DNA from: Octopus sinensis
Taxonomy: Eukaryota
Length of the DNA stretch: 64,000 nt
Direction: 5' to 3'
NCBI RefSeq assembly: GCF_006345805.1
Contig: NW_021832224.1
Span: forward strand, 62,001-126,000
This document shows positions 25,409 to 38,147 of this stretch, one piece after another; the stretch's first letter is position 1; each line of letters starts with the position of its first letter. The position numbers were made by a program, and so were the translations under genes. Below the pieces are notes generated by a model. The model saw only the letters and a program-made list of their open reading frames with translations, had not been told where the DNA came from and did no database searches.

Positions 25409-26559
25409 CATTGGCATAAAATTTGGTTATTGTGAGATTAATATGTAGAATAACCTCCTTTTGCCGAATAGATCTCCCAACACCTTTTTTTCATTGACTC
25501 AACTAATTTTTCAAGTGTTTTTGATGGAATAGAATTCCAAATATCTAATAGATTTTCCTTCAGTGCCTGAATGTTCTCATTTTTTCTTTGCCTAATTTGA
25601 ACCTTCATATAAGCCCACAAATGCTCTATCGGATTTAAATCCGGAGATTGCGAAGGCCATTCTAATTTTTTAATATTTTTTTCGCGAAGATATTGAATAA
25701 TCATTTTTGATGTATGGCAGGGAGCGTTGTCTTGTTGAAAAATATAGTCAACAATCCCCATTTTTTGTACAGAAAATGGCAAATTATTGGTCAAAATAGA
25801 TTGATATTTTGCAGAATTAAGCGTTTTGTCTATAAATACCAAATCGCCTACCCCATGATAGGAAAAAACACCCCACACCATGACTTTCCCTAATTTTTTA
25901 TTACATCATAATTTACCTTTTCCAAATTTGACAGTTGGAGTAATATTTTCGAATTTATTCATTTCAAATTTTTTTCTATACACAATTTTTCTTTTTTGGA
26001 TCGGTAATAATTCAAAATACATTCATCAGAAAAGATTATTGATCTAAAATCATGGTCTGAAATTTGAAGAAATTTTTGACGATCTCGAATCTGGAAACCA
26101 TGTGTTTTTTTGTTAGAAGTGGTTTTTTCTTTGCAATTCTTCCGAAAATTCCATTTTTATTTAAATTTCGTATTATGGTTCGAGACGAGACACGTGTTCC
26201 AGAACTTTTTCTATTTCATTAGAGAGTTCAGAAGCAGTTAAAGATGAATTTTCCTCTGATGTGCGTACCAAATGATTAATTTGCACATTATTCAAAATTG
26301 ATAGTCTTCCAGAACCATGTTGGCGGTCATATGATCCAGTTTTTGTATTTCTTGATAAAATTTACGACTGTTGAATATGGAACACCGGTTTCTTTAGAAA
26401 TTTTAATATATGACATATTTAAGTCGTATAGCGCAATTATTTTCCCTTTCATAAACGAATCGAGAGTATTATATCTAAAAATATTTTTTTATTAAGATCA
26501 ATCTCTAAATACTAGCATAATTTGACGGTTTAAATTTTATAACCAATTTTATGTCACTA
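25409..26559 (-). mobile_element. Tc1-type DNA transposon (DD34E), frameshifted, imperfect TIRs
   Basis: VMVWG...FQQDNAPCH...WPSQSPDLNPIEHLW; cattggcataaaatttggtta (25409-25429) and taaccaattttatgtcacta (26540-26559) are imperfect inverted repeats. Confidence 0.9.
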
Positions 26560-26849
26560 ACCTAATTGCCGACATGCTTTAAATTTCTTGCAATATTAAA
26601 ATTTAAATCTATTTTAATTATAAATACAAAATAAATATTATTTTAGAAGATCTAAAGGATCTTAAAGTATGAATTTATTCGTTTTTAAATGAAAAAAAAG
26701 CAGGAAAGATTAAATAAGGGGGTGTACTTCGCTTGCATGAATTGGATATCATGGGGGATTATAATTAATTTGCTTACCTTGGTCTTTTGGTAAATTAAAA
26801 TTAATTGAAATAAAAAACTTAGATAAAATAATATTGAAATAAAAACACC

Positions 26850-27110
26850 CCCGGTTGGGAACCGCTGTCCTAGAAGAATGCCTGTTTCGTTCGGTCCCTA
26901 AATTAAATTTAGCACAACAATGGACATTCCAGCATGACAAAGACCCAAAATATAAGTCAAAAATGACTGTTGAATGGTTACTAAAGAACAAAATAAATGT
27001 TTTGGAATGGCCAAGTCAATCACCAGACCTCAATCCAATCGAACATTCATGGAAAATTTTAAAAATGAAAGTTGGTTTAAGGAAACCAAAATTGAAATAT
27101 TTTTCATAGT
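26850..27110 (+). mobile_element. Tc1 transposase fragment
   Basis: FQHDKDPKY...LEWPSQSPDLNPIEHSW. Confidence 0.85.
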
Positions 27111-27464
27111 TATTTTGTGGATAAACTGAAAATATTTCTTGTAAACCACATATAATCGTTTTTATTGAATACTTTTAAACAAAGTACTGAAAAACCCAAA
27201 AGAAAATATTAATTTTATGCCAAAAATGGAGTTAAAAATATATCAGAAGAAATTTCATTTGACATTTCCAATCATCTTATAAATGCAAAACTAATATCTA
27301 ATTATGCATCCAAGAACAAACAGCTCAGATTACCTGCTATATAGAAATAAAAGCAATTTATATCACTACAAATAACCATTTCTAAAAATTGGTAAATTAA
27401 AGGAATTATATTAAAATGATTAATCGTGTTAGTAAAGAAACCAAGTAAAATATTAGTTTAGTGA

Positions 27465-28146
27465 TTATAGTGAATTGAATTTTTTTGTTGGCATATTAAA
27501 CCCTTTTGGAACTTCATCAAAAGTCTATTAAATAAATACACGATCAGAACTTTATCAGTAAGATTGTTAATGCCTTGAATGAAAGAAATCCGTTTGAGTT
27601 GTTTTTCGTTGTGTTTCCTTATTGATAAAATATTTCTTCTAAAAATTGTAAAACGTTTTTGTTTCTCTTCTTCAGAATAGTGGCGGTCTATAATCGACAT
27701 AATAAAAAAACCATATTTTTTTTGGAATTTGATAAACAGGTCAGTAATGGTGGCTTTCTCTATGACACTTTCAAAGTTCATCTAATTTGAAAATTATAAT
27801 TACAAAATCAACAGAATCGACATCTGAGGTAATCTCAATATGTTTAAAACAGCATAATCCAAGATTTGCCGCAGCATTGCTTATTTTTATAAATTTCATG
27901 TTTTCAATGAATATCGGGTAATGAAATTTTTCGGAATTTTTATATGATTTATCTATTAAGTAAAAAAATACGATGAACTGAATTTATCCTTAAAAGAATT
28001 CCAGTCATGTTTCATTTCACACTAAAAATTGAGTTAATATTTATATTTCTTTTTACCGAGCTGTAGATAGGAATTTTGTTATTCGTGGTCGACAAAATCC
28101 AAAAGCTTAGAACTGGTAATAAAAATATTATATAGGTCGATGACAT
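27465..28146 (-). CDS. Secreted protein with two tandem I29 (cathepsin propeptide) inhibitor-like domains and no protease domain
   Basis: Signal-like MSSTYIIFLLPVLSFWILS; domain 1 DWNSFKDKF|NKSY...YPIFIENMKFI; domain 2 LFIKFQKKY|DRHYSEEEKQKRFTIFRRNILSIRKHN...GINNLTDK|TFDEV (ERFNIN and GxNxFxD-like); 5 GT-AG introns; TAA soon after domain 2. Confidence 0.75.
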
Positions 28147-28399
28147 GATTAAATGTAACTATTTTAAATTTTAATTTTATTTAAAATATGTTCGCCAATA
28201 AGCTAAATAAAAAATATAAAGATTTTATTAATTTTTTAATATAAACAAATTATCATTAACAAAAAAAATTCTACACAAACTAATTTTCTGATTTAATTCG
28301 ATTATTCAAATTACTTATTAGAAGTTATCCATATTTACGGAGCACCTTCAAGATTATTCTAATTGTGCTGACAGGGGCGGGTTGGTTTTAACGTGTTAC

Positions 28400-28924
28400 A
28401 AAGTCTATAGAAAAAATTATCTGTTTAAGATTCGTCGAGAAAATGCATTCAAACACTTGTGATGAAAAAGAAACTAGAAAGCATGGTGGTGGAGATCTGT
28501 CTGTCAAATGGCAAACCAATTATGGGAAAACCCCTCGGATGAAACAAATGGAAAAATTATGGATGACTTGGAGAATGACAGTGATAGTGCGTTAGTGGAC
28601 AGTTCTTTCAAAAAAGAAAAAAATTTACAGTCAATGAATTTGTTAATTTCTTATTTTTAAAACGGGGGAAATGCTATTAGACTTCAAATCCGATCTGTCG
28701 TTCATATGGCTCAAGAAAAATTTATTACGCGACTTTGGACTTAGTTAATAGAGTAACATTGTTTATTTTGTCATGAGAGTGAAACCGTTAGAGAAACAAT
28801 GAAAATTATGTCAGCCAAATATGAGGATGTTTGTTAAAGATGATGCAGGACAATCTACTGAAATCCGTCCTTATAGGGGAAAATATTTTGCAGATGACAA
28901 AAAAGAGTGGATAAATTACATTTA
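28400..28924 (+). mobile_element. Ginger/KRBA-like relic that is the target of the RTE insertion (continues at 31969-32100)
   Basis: DDKKEWINYI*KAV|FD matches DNKKEWINHIRKVMF at ~21910; ttatttttaaaacgggggaaatgctattagactt recurs inverted at ~40610-40650. Confidence 0.55.
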
Positions 28925-31900
28925 AAAGGCCGTGATCTCAATTCGTCCAGGTCGTCCCCCGTCTTTAGGTTTTTCCTCACTCGATTTAGGTCTTTGTTTA
29001 AGGCAGTTGGAAGTGTCGATCTAGGTCGTCCGCGGAAGGGTATGTCGCATCTGTCGAAGTAGTCTTCCATCGCTTTGTTAGCGGGTGCGTCCGGGTTCAT
29101 TCTTAGTACATGCCCGAATAGCCTCCACCGGGCATCTACCACATCCCCGCTGATGCAGGAGCACATACACTTGTTGTAGATACCATTGGTTGATATTCGA
29201 CGTGGCCACTCCATTCCGAGTAAGTTTCTTAGTTGCCTTCTATGGAATGAGTCCAGTTTCAGTAGATCGTTGAAGGAACATCCCCATGTCCCAGCGTTGT
29301 ACAGCAGGATCGGTTTTACAAACGCGTTGTAGCGCCTGCATCTGATGCCAACTCCAAGTCCTTTAGCTCTTAGCCATCCTTTCTTCAGTTTCGCCATTGC
29401 CGAATTCGCCAGTGTTTTCCTCCTTAGTACATCTTCAGCGTCTCCCAGTAGGGATCCAAGCTTATTAGTGTGTCTCCATCTTTCATGGGTAGTATCATCT
29501 TCTCTTTTGATTTCCGTAACCTCAGTTTTGTCCACATTTACGCTGAGGACCCATTTCCCAAGCTCCATAGGTGCATTTTCTAGTAGGTGTTGGAGTGCGG
29601 TCACGTCCCGTGATACGAAATCCACGTCATCGGCATAAGATGCCTCTTGGAGGTTGCGGAGTGCAGATTCAAGGTAGATGGTGAATAGTAGGGGGGAGAG
29701 GGAGTCACCCTGGGGTGTCCCAGTCGTTGTTTTGAAACTGCGGGAAGTTGCTCCTTCTGTCCTCACAGATAGTCTTGTGTTCGCAAGTAGTAGTCTGATT
29801 ATCCTAACCGATGATTCATCCAGTATTTGCTCAAGCACATTCATCAGTTTCTGTCTGTTTATTGAGTCGAAGGCTCTGGAGAGATCTATTCCCAGCACGG
29901 TCGTTGTGCTCTTGAATCTTTGGTGCGTTGCGCAGCGCCATCTGTGGCTCCATACAATGTCTGCCGTAGATCTCCCATCTCGGAACCCACTTTGACTCGG
30001 TGATAGGTATTGATCCGCCACACCCTTTATCCGCCTTAGTGCGACGTTTGTCAGCACCTTGCGTATCGAATTCAGGAGTATTATCGGGCGGAGATTTTCT
30101 ACTGGTCCTTTTGGTTTGTTCGGTTTTTGTATGGGTATTAGTAATCCATTTCCAAGTCCCAGATCGGTATTAGTTTCGAAAATTTCATTTAGGGTTTTTG
30201 CAATTGCATCGCTGAGTTTTTTTGGCCCATATTTTAGGAGCTCGGGGCTTATGTTGTCCGGCCCAGCACTCTTGTTGTTCCTCAGTTTATTTATCGCTAG
30301 TTCCACCTCTTCCGCTGTGATTGGGATTTTTAACGCTTTTGCATCTCCCTGGAAACAAGGAAAGTCCGTGTTTTCTTTATTCAGCAAGGTTTCGAAGTGT
30401 CGTGCGATCAGCTCTGCTTTTTCTTTCGGATTACCCACGAATTTTCCATCTTTGTCTTTAATGTGGAGGATGTTTTGTCCTTTCTTAGTAGTCCGCAGTA
30501 GTCGTAGGGCCGCATACATCCTTGAATTGTCTTTTAGGCATTCCACATCTTTTAGTAGGGATGTAATGATTTCTCGTGAGTATTTTCGGTTCATCTTTTG
30601 GATTTTGCACTTTAGTTCCCTTTGTTGGATGTTAAGCTCCTTTTTCTTAATCTCGTCTGACGTGTTTGCGGCTTTTAGCCGTACCTCTCTGCGATGCTTT
30701 GCCATATCTGGCACGTTCGGGTGGTGATCCAGTTTTAGGGCACAATGATTTCGGACTCCAAGGCATATACTGGCCGCCTTGGAAATTACCCGCTTTGTTT
30801 GGTCCCACCGGGTTCGTAATGATAGTTCTGGTGTGGATTTCTCCATAAGAGTCTCAATTTGCTTGTGATAATTGTCTTTACAAGTGGGCTCCAGCCACAA
30901 TTTCTCTGTCTGGAAGTGTATATTTGGCCTTTGTCTCGCCTTCTTCGCGTTTTCGGTGTATTTTTCCCCAGTCAGATGCTTCTTTACGCAGAGTTTTGCG
31001 GTGACCATCCTGTGGTCGCTGTCGGTTGTTGTCCCCTGGTAGGAACGTGCATCGGTTAGCAGGTGTTTATCGGACTTGCGGCAAATAATGTAGTCGATTT
31101 GGTTATATATGTTTACGGTCTCCCCGACCGAGTTTTTCCTTTGTCCGTGCCAGGTCGTCTTGTGGCGTGCTGAGTGCGTAAAGGCCGTGTTGCACAGGAA
31201 GAGGCTATTTGCCTCACAGAAATTCACCAGAGAGGCTCCAGCTGCATTTCTACTTCCGCGCCCGTGTCTTCCGATAGAGGATTCTTCGGGCCCCTTTCGC
31301 TTTCCAGCCTTTGCATTCAAATCTCCCGCAACAAAGACAAGGGACGAAGAGGCATTGTTAGAGTATGTGCTTGATAGTTCTGAGTAGAATTCCTCGAGCT
31401 CACCAGGATTCTTGGCTACTCGTCCACAGTGTGGTGCGTAGACGTTAATGACAGTTAATAGGCTCTTGGACGGGCATAGTTCATTCAGTTTGACTTGTAG
31501 AACACATATTCGGTCGTTGACTTGCCAATAGCGATGTATTTTTTTGGAGTAATCCACGTGCAGGGCAAATCCCATGCCGTAGTGCTTGCATTCGGCTGGG
31601 AAGAGAATCAGTCGGTAATTGTTCCATGTCTCATCGCGTCCATTTACGATTTTCGTTTCTTGTAGGCAGCCGATAGCTATTTTGTATTTCTCCAGATCGT
31701 CACAAAGTACTTTCCTTGTCCAATCTTTCGATATCCCACGTACGTTGAACGTCATTAGCCTGAGTTCTCGGTTGTATAATGAGTGTTTTTCAGACATTTT
31801 TTCTATACAGAGGGACGTCACCACCTCAACCAAAATAGAGATCACTCGCATACGACAGAGGAAAATGGAAAAAACTAACCTTAAATATCGTTACATTGAG

Positions 31901-31968
31901 TGTTGCACATGCGGGGCTATTAACATTATGGCTTTCGTGAAAGTGCTATAATAATAATAAAGGCCGTG
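28925..31968. mobile_element. RTE-clade non-LTR retrotransposon (APE endonuclease + RT) with 5' inversion, (TAA)4 tail and 10-bp TSD
   Basis: Minus-strand ORF with GDLN, QIDYI, SDH (APE) and QGDSLSP, YADD (RT); true C-terminus and tail on the plus strand 31838-31960; aaaggccgtg at 28925-28934 and 31959-31968. Confidence 0.93.
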
Positions 31969-32254
31969 TTTGATACAATCAAATGACTCATTCAGCCATT
32001 TTGCTTTTTTTGTATGTGTTAGTCCGTTTCAGAGATATCGAAAAATCGTCGGTCTGAAGAATTAAAAAACTCCTGCAAGACCATTTGTAAGTCTCAAAAC
32101 AAAGATAAATCCAAAGAGCATAGCAATCCCCTTCAAGTTTATCACGGAGAAATATAGCCGTGTTTGTTTTATTACTTTTGAACTAATATTTATCTAACAT
32201 AAATAAAATATCTAACAAAGTTTTATAGAAAAAGTTAAAACACAAGATAATTAA

Positions 32255-34396
32255 CTAAAGACAGAGCATCTCGACCTTTTTCTGTGATGCCTCATCACCA
32301 TATTGATTCTATACATAATAAAAACAAAAACAACCTCAAACTTACGCCAAAATCGGTACAAAACCCTGCGCTGTTCCTTTACATATTTGAGGGTCATAAA
32401 AGCACGAGAATAAACATCACGTGTCATAAGTACTGCCTTATTGTCCCCTTCCTCCTTCAAAGACAACTCAAACTTGGCATATGCGAGCCAAACCTACAAA
32501 ATTTCGACAATCCAAACTTTAAAGTGGTTGGTTTTTTCGAGGAGGAGGTCGAATAATTGTCTGACCTTCTCATTATTGTTCTGAGATATCTCATAGTCAA
32601 TACACGCCTTCCACACCACGTCAGGAAAGTCCATTCTCGGCTGCTCGATTGCCAACGAGAAAATAGATCTCACTCTCTCGACTTCCTCCAAGACAATCTC
32701 CAATTCTGCAAACTTGGTCCATGTGGAAGATCTCTCCGGGTTGAGAAGCAGCCATTTCTGGTATAATTTCCTACACCTCTCGACTTGTCCTAATTGTATT
32801 TCAATATCAATGTATTCTCTGAATAATTTATCCTTGGGACACTTCCCAATGGCATTCCCCTGCCAGTCATCACCACACACTAACCAACACCAGTCGTGCC
32901 TCCCCCAGTTCGTGACGCCTTATCAAAAACTTTGCATAAAATATCCACATTTTTGCGAATGTAAACTTGCCGTGGGGAATCAAATCGAGACATAATTTAT
33001 AAATTTGACGGGTCCTCTCCAAATCTCCGGCCACAAGTTCTTCATAAAAGGCATAGTTAATCCACAAATATATATAACGACGCCAATATCGTTTGCCCTG
33101 CCAATAATGCAATCACTGACCTGAATTGGGGGAATATTGGCAATAGCCCGTTCATAGACCTCCCTTATGTCATTCGGACGTCCCCCAGCCTCCGTCAACT
33201 TGACCAAATCAAACCAGGCGTCGTAGTCGTGGGGGTCACTCTTGATGGCCTGTTCATACAAGGACTGTCTCTTTCCACATATCATAGTCTCCATCGACGC
33301 CCTCGTTCCGTACTTCTTCTCCAAAATAGCACTCAGTCGATATATCTCACCACACTCCTCCTCCGGCAGAGTGTCCACTGCATATTTGTAGATCACACGT
33401 GCCCGTTCGTGCTACCAATCACCCAGACAGCCCACCTCTCGCTGTCGTTCCTCAAATCGCCCAAAAGAGGCCAGAAGACGGGGACTCATGTAGTCCTCGA
33501 AGTATATCACTCCTCGTTCATAAATATGACGACTCTTCCCTATATTTCCTGCATTCTCTTCAAATCTGGCATATCTGATCCAATTGTCCACATTGTTGTG
33601 CACATGGATATATCTCTCGTATATTTTCCTGGCTCGGCCGTGTTCTTTACATCGAACTTCAAAATTGATGTACGAATTCCACGCCTGTTCGTGTGGCTCG
33701 AAGGCCATCCACCGCTCAAAGACCTGCCGACAGCCTAAATTGAAGACCAAAATATAAACCAGCATAATTTTTGAGTTTTTCCTCCATATAGACATACTTG
33801 TACCATATTTGGTTGGCTCGGGGTAGAAGGGACACTGCTCTGTCTAACAGATTTCGGGCATGCTGGATTTGTTTGTATCTAAAATGAGCAATTGGGGGGA
33901 ATACCTCATTTCTAGTTCGATATATTTAATCCAGATTGGAATAGACCGATGTTCCACGTCCAGTGCCCTCTCCCACACAGAACGAGCTCTTCTAATGAGG
34001 TGGAAAGTCAACCTCTGCAATTCCTGTTGGTCGTCCTCCCATTTGGCGTATTTTATCCAATTTGACATGTTCGAACGGTTCTTTCGAATGTCGTCTTCAA
34101 ACATCTACTCGTTTGGTAGAACAAGGCTGACCTTCCTCTGACGGAATCGAAAGTCCAGTAATTCGTCCATGTCGGTTATCTTTTGAGCCGGGGGCTATGA
34201 ATTAGTATAATCATGTTTTACGGCTTGGATGATCTCAAATTCTCTTTCTTTGGCTACTCGGATTAGCTGTTCTGCGGTGATTTGGAGAGGTGCTGGTGTT
34301 TTGTCTTTGACCTTGGAATTATTATATTTTGATTTGAACTTTTGCTGCTTTTGGTAGTCTGGCAACCATAACTCCATCTTCTGTCATTCGTTTCAT
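32255..34396 (-). CDS. CRNKL1: Crooked neck / Clf1 / SYF3 spliceosomal HAT-repeat protein, C-terminally short
   Basis: LPKAAK|[82 protein letters not shown]; 11 GT-AG introns of 23-28 nt. Confidence 0.96.
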
Positions 34397-35246
34397 GGTT
34401 TTCTGTTGTTTTCAACTATTATTTGAATCAATGAGTTGTACCAACCACGAAAAGAAACTAATTAGATTTTATTAATTAATAGTATTTTAACAGAATATTA
34501 TTATTTAAAATAATAAATATATTAACTCAATCCAAAGCAAAAAGTTATTTATTTTTTTGGGAAGTAAAAGTTTAATTGAAGACCTGGCGCTTAGATTAAT
34601 TGATTTAGTTTATTTTTTGTCTTATCGCCTCAGACCTGGCGTGGAATCTTCTTCACTACCGAAGGAATGTTTGTTTGATTTTATTGACTGTTGAACTGTA
34701 CTAAGAATATAAAAACAATTTGTTCGCCTTCATCAATAATACTGCTCAATACTTGCGTTTTCACAATGTGCAAATAGTCAAAGTATCCACATTTGTTTAT
34801 TTGGAGAAGATTTGAATAAATGTATTTAGATTAGGTAACTAAACAGTATTTAGACTCCCATGAATTACGAATGATATAGTTTTTTGGTCATTTAGCGAAG
34901 ATATGACAAATTGGGACTTTCGATTGGGATTGGAGATAAAGGTATTCTAAGAGTAGTAATCACTGTGTGTTCTGATAGTTATGACTGTTTGCCAACATGT
35001 AATATACGTCTTGATAAAAATAATTAATTTTCCATATTGAACTAAAGTAACATAATTTATGGATTATCGAAGCAGACGCGACCACTTGGTCTGTGAATGA
35101 TGGTCTGTCTGGACAAAAATATGCTAAAAATTCATTTAAATCACATATTTTCATTTTTAGGAATTTTTAACATTAATTCTCTTCCCGGAATTTTTTGCGC
35201 TGCTGCCATCTGACGTTATTTATATCCCAAAACGATACTTTACTCA

Positions 35247-37336
35247 ATGAAATATATACTCAGCATTTTCTGTCTTTCCGATGGACTTAATCTCGACATG
35301 TTGGGATCCGACGGACGACAACTCGTGACAATTTCCTTCAGTCTCTATGAAATCAGTACCTCAAAAGTAAAACTTTTACTAATCCCAGATACTATGTGAA
35401 GATACGATTCTTGTCAAGCCCGGAGATTTTGACAAACCTGATTTTACTTTGTCGCAAATGTGTGTGGATCTGAGCTCAATGTCAAAAACAGATTTGAAGA
35501 ATGCCATTTCGTTCAACGCAGCGATAACCATGGTTGACAAAAACAGCTAATGATTGTAGTTTAGATTGACCAATCAGTTAAAAAACATATAAATCATTCT
35601 ACTGATCAGTTGGTCGTCTGTACGGATGGATGTCTGCACTTGAAACAATTTTTGCATCCACTTGCAGTCAAAAACTCGTTCATTCTTCCAAACTATTTTT
35701 ACAAATTTGTGGATTTAAAGAAACAAGTTTCACAGTTTTCGAAAGTAGAGCCAGTCGATGGGTTGACTGAAGCGGTAAAAAGTATTTCCATGTTTATAAG
35801 AGTGAAGGGGCAGACATTTCAACGTTAAATTACTGCGGAAAGACGTGTTTGGATATGACTTTAACTGTCGACAAATTGGTTAAAAAAGGTACAATTGAAA
35901 TTAATATAATTAGGTCATTTATTTGAAATTAATTATATTAATTTCAATTATGTGCATTCATTAAAGTTCAAATTTTAATAGCATTTCTAGTATCAATGAC
36001 CATTTTTTTCAACAATCCACCACAGTCAAAATCCGGGGACTCCCATGGGAAGCGACTGAGGAGGACATTGCCAAATTTTTTGCAGGACTTAACATAATCA
36101 AGTATTGTCACTCTCTACGCTCAGTGGTGGCATAATGATCTGTCTCTCCAAATTTGGACGCCAAAACGGAGAGGCCTACGTCAGCTTTGAGAGTGACCTC
36201 GACTTCCAATTAGCCATACGCAGACACAAGCACTACATGTTTTCTCGCTACATCGAAATTTACAAGACTTGCCAACATGATATTGTCCATATTTTTGCAC
36301 GTGCATTTATATGTTATGTTGTTTTAGTGAGGGAGATGTTGACCCTTCAAGGTGTCCCCAACGAACTAATGCCAATAATAAAAATGAGAGGACTTCCCTT
36401 CTCTGCGACGGAGAAAGACATTGTTAATATTATTGATGACTATTTCAGCTTAATTTTTTTAAAAAGTCTCCAGAACTGGACTATATTTCTGACGGTAGAA
36501 AGCGAGTTGTGTTTATTTATTGCCCGAATGGGAAACCGAGTGGAGACGCTTTTTTGTATCTTCGGAGTTCCCAAGACGTAAATAAAGCACTTAAATTAAA
36601 TTTTAACAAAATGGGAAATAGGTATATCGAATTATTCAAGAGTAGTATTTATGAATTATATCAAGTATTTTTATTTGTTTAACTTCTAGATGGTAATGGA
36701 AGCGAATTCAAAATACTTTGATGTACTATGGCGACAAAAATACCACAATTTTATTCATAACTGTATAAACTCAAATTTGTTTGCAAAAGTAAATAATAAG
36801 AAAATCATTCGCTTTCTACAACTGCCAAAAAATACTACAATCTTCAATATTCGTAATTTATTGAAGGACTACGCGGATAGGATTGTCGAGAATGGGATTT
36901 ATATGATTTATGGAAACTCGGTATTTGTCGAATATTCGATTTCAGGGATTTCCGCTCGGGGAGGCCATAGTCGAACTCCAAAGCGAGAAGACGGCAATCG
37001 AAATTGTCTCCAAATTGGATGGACAAGAGGTCAAATTTGGGGAATCGCAAAAATTAAATCTTGTCATTGAATTCTGTCCAATCGAAATGTTGTGGCAACT
37101 CAAAAATATGTTTTATTTCAGCCATTTTCCGAGTATTTGATGTCGGTTATTAGATCAGTTATGGAATTATATCAACCGTATGTTGTAGAGGGGTTTCCTT
37201 TCTTCTTTACATCTCTAAACCCTTACTACTACCAGATTAACGACCTTTCGATGAAAAATTATTCTTATTTACCAGACCGCCATATTCAATGGAGTTTGTT
37301 TTATTTTGTATTTTTATTTTAGAATCTGAAATTTAA
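35247..37336 (+). CDS. ESRP1: ESRP/fusilli-like splicing regulator (N-terminal DnaQ-like domain plus quasi-RRMs)
   Basis: LGSDGRQLV, VCTDGCLHLKQFLHPLA, YFYKFVDLKK, KIRGLPWEATEEDIAKFFAGLNI, GRQNGEAYV, RHKHYMFSRYIEIYK, IIKMRGLPFSATEKDI, GKPSGDAF, MGNRYIELFKS. 3' end approximate. Confidence 0.9.
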
Positions 37337-38147
37337 ATTTATTTAAATTACAATTTAATGATTTTCGGTTAATAAAATTTTTTTAGTTCGTTTACCGATA
37401 TATAAAAACTAAAGTCCAAAAACAAAATTAACGAATTTGTTAAATATGAGCTTAAATATGAAGTTCTCAGAGGTATGTATACTCCAAGTGACCTATTTGC
37501 TCTCTCCTACTCAATAAACAATCTGATGTTTATTGACGGCCTGAAAATAATTGAGTCTTGCACATACATAGTCAAATGCAGTCAACTTCTTCAAAGCACT
37601 AAACAAGTAAAAATGTGTCACCTTTTAAAATTTCAAAAAACCGATAAGATGAATAGATGAGAAAGTAAAAATTAAGAATTTTGCCAAACTATTACAATTT
37701 TAAAAAATTTCAAGTTCAAAAACATTTACACAAATTAGGAAACTGGCGTCCTATTGACAGGAATAAAATTATTTAAATAGCCGACAAAATTGTTCATAAA
37801 ACAGGCAGTTAAGAAGTTTTTTCCAATTAAACCTATTTATTCTCTATAACTTATTTTGGTCGAAGTTGAGTCAAAAAAACGAACAACTGATTAGTTTTTC
37901 TCCGGGTTGAATCAAACCAATTTTAATTTATTTGAACGTAGAGAACAGGTCCTCCATTTCTTTTCAGACTTTTATCCGTAGTATGAAAATAGAGAAAACG
38001 ACCAGAATGTGAAATAAAGATAAGTTCATACAAATTTTTAAATATCTATCAAATATATGAACATTATGAAAATTCAATTACTTTTCAAATCAATTCAGAT
38101 TATCAATACTTTAAAAATAAGTAATTTAGAAAAAAGAAACATTTTTA

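Noticed and set aside
29345-31387. Long plus-strand ORFs inside the RTE element, and similar antisense ORFs over SPT16, CRNKL1 and GTF3C2
   Set aside because: Antisense shadows of real coding frames with no motifs.
28855-31851. 998-aa ORF as a fully intact, active LINE
   Set aside because: Its last ~26 aa come from flanking DNA and its first few codons overlap the inversion junction; the real C-terminus is on the other strand.
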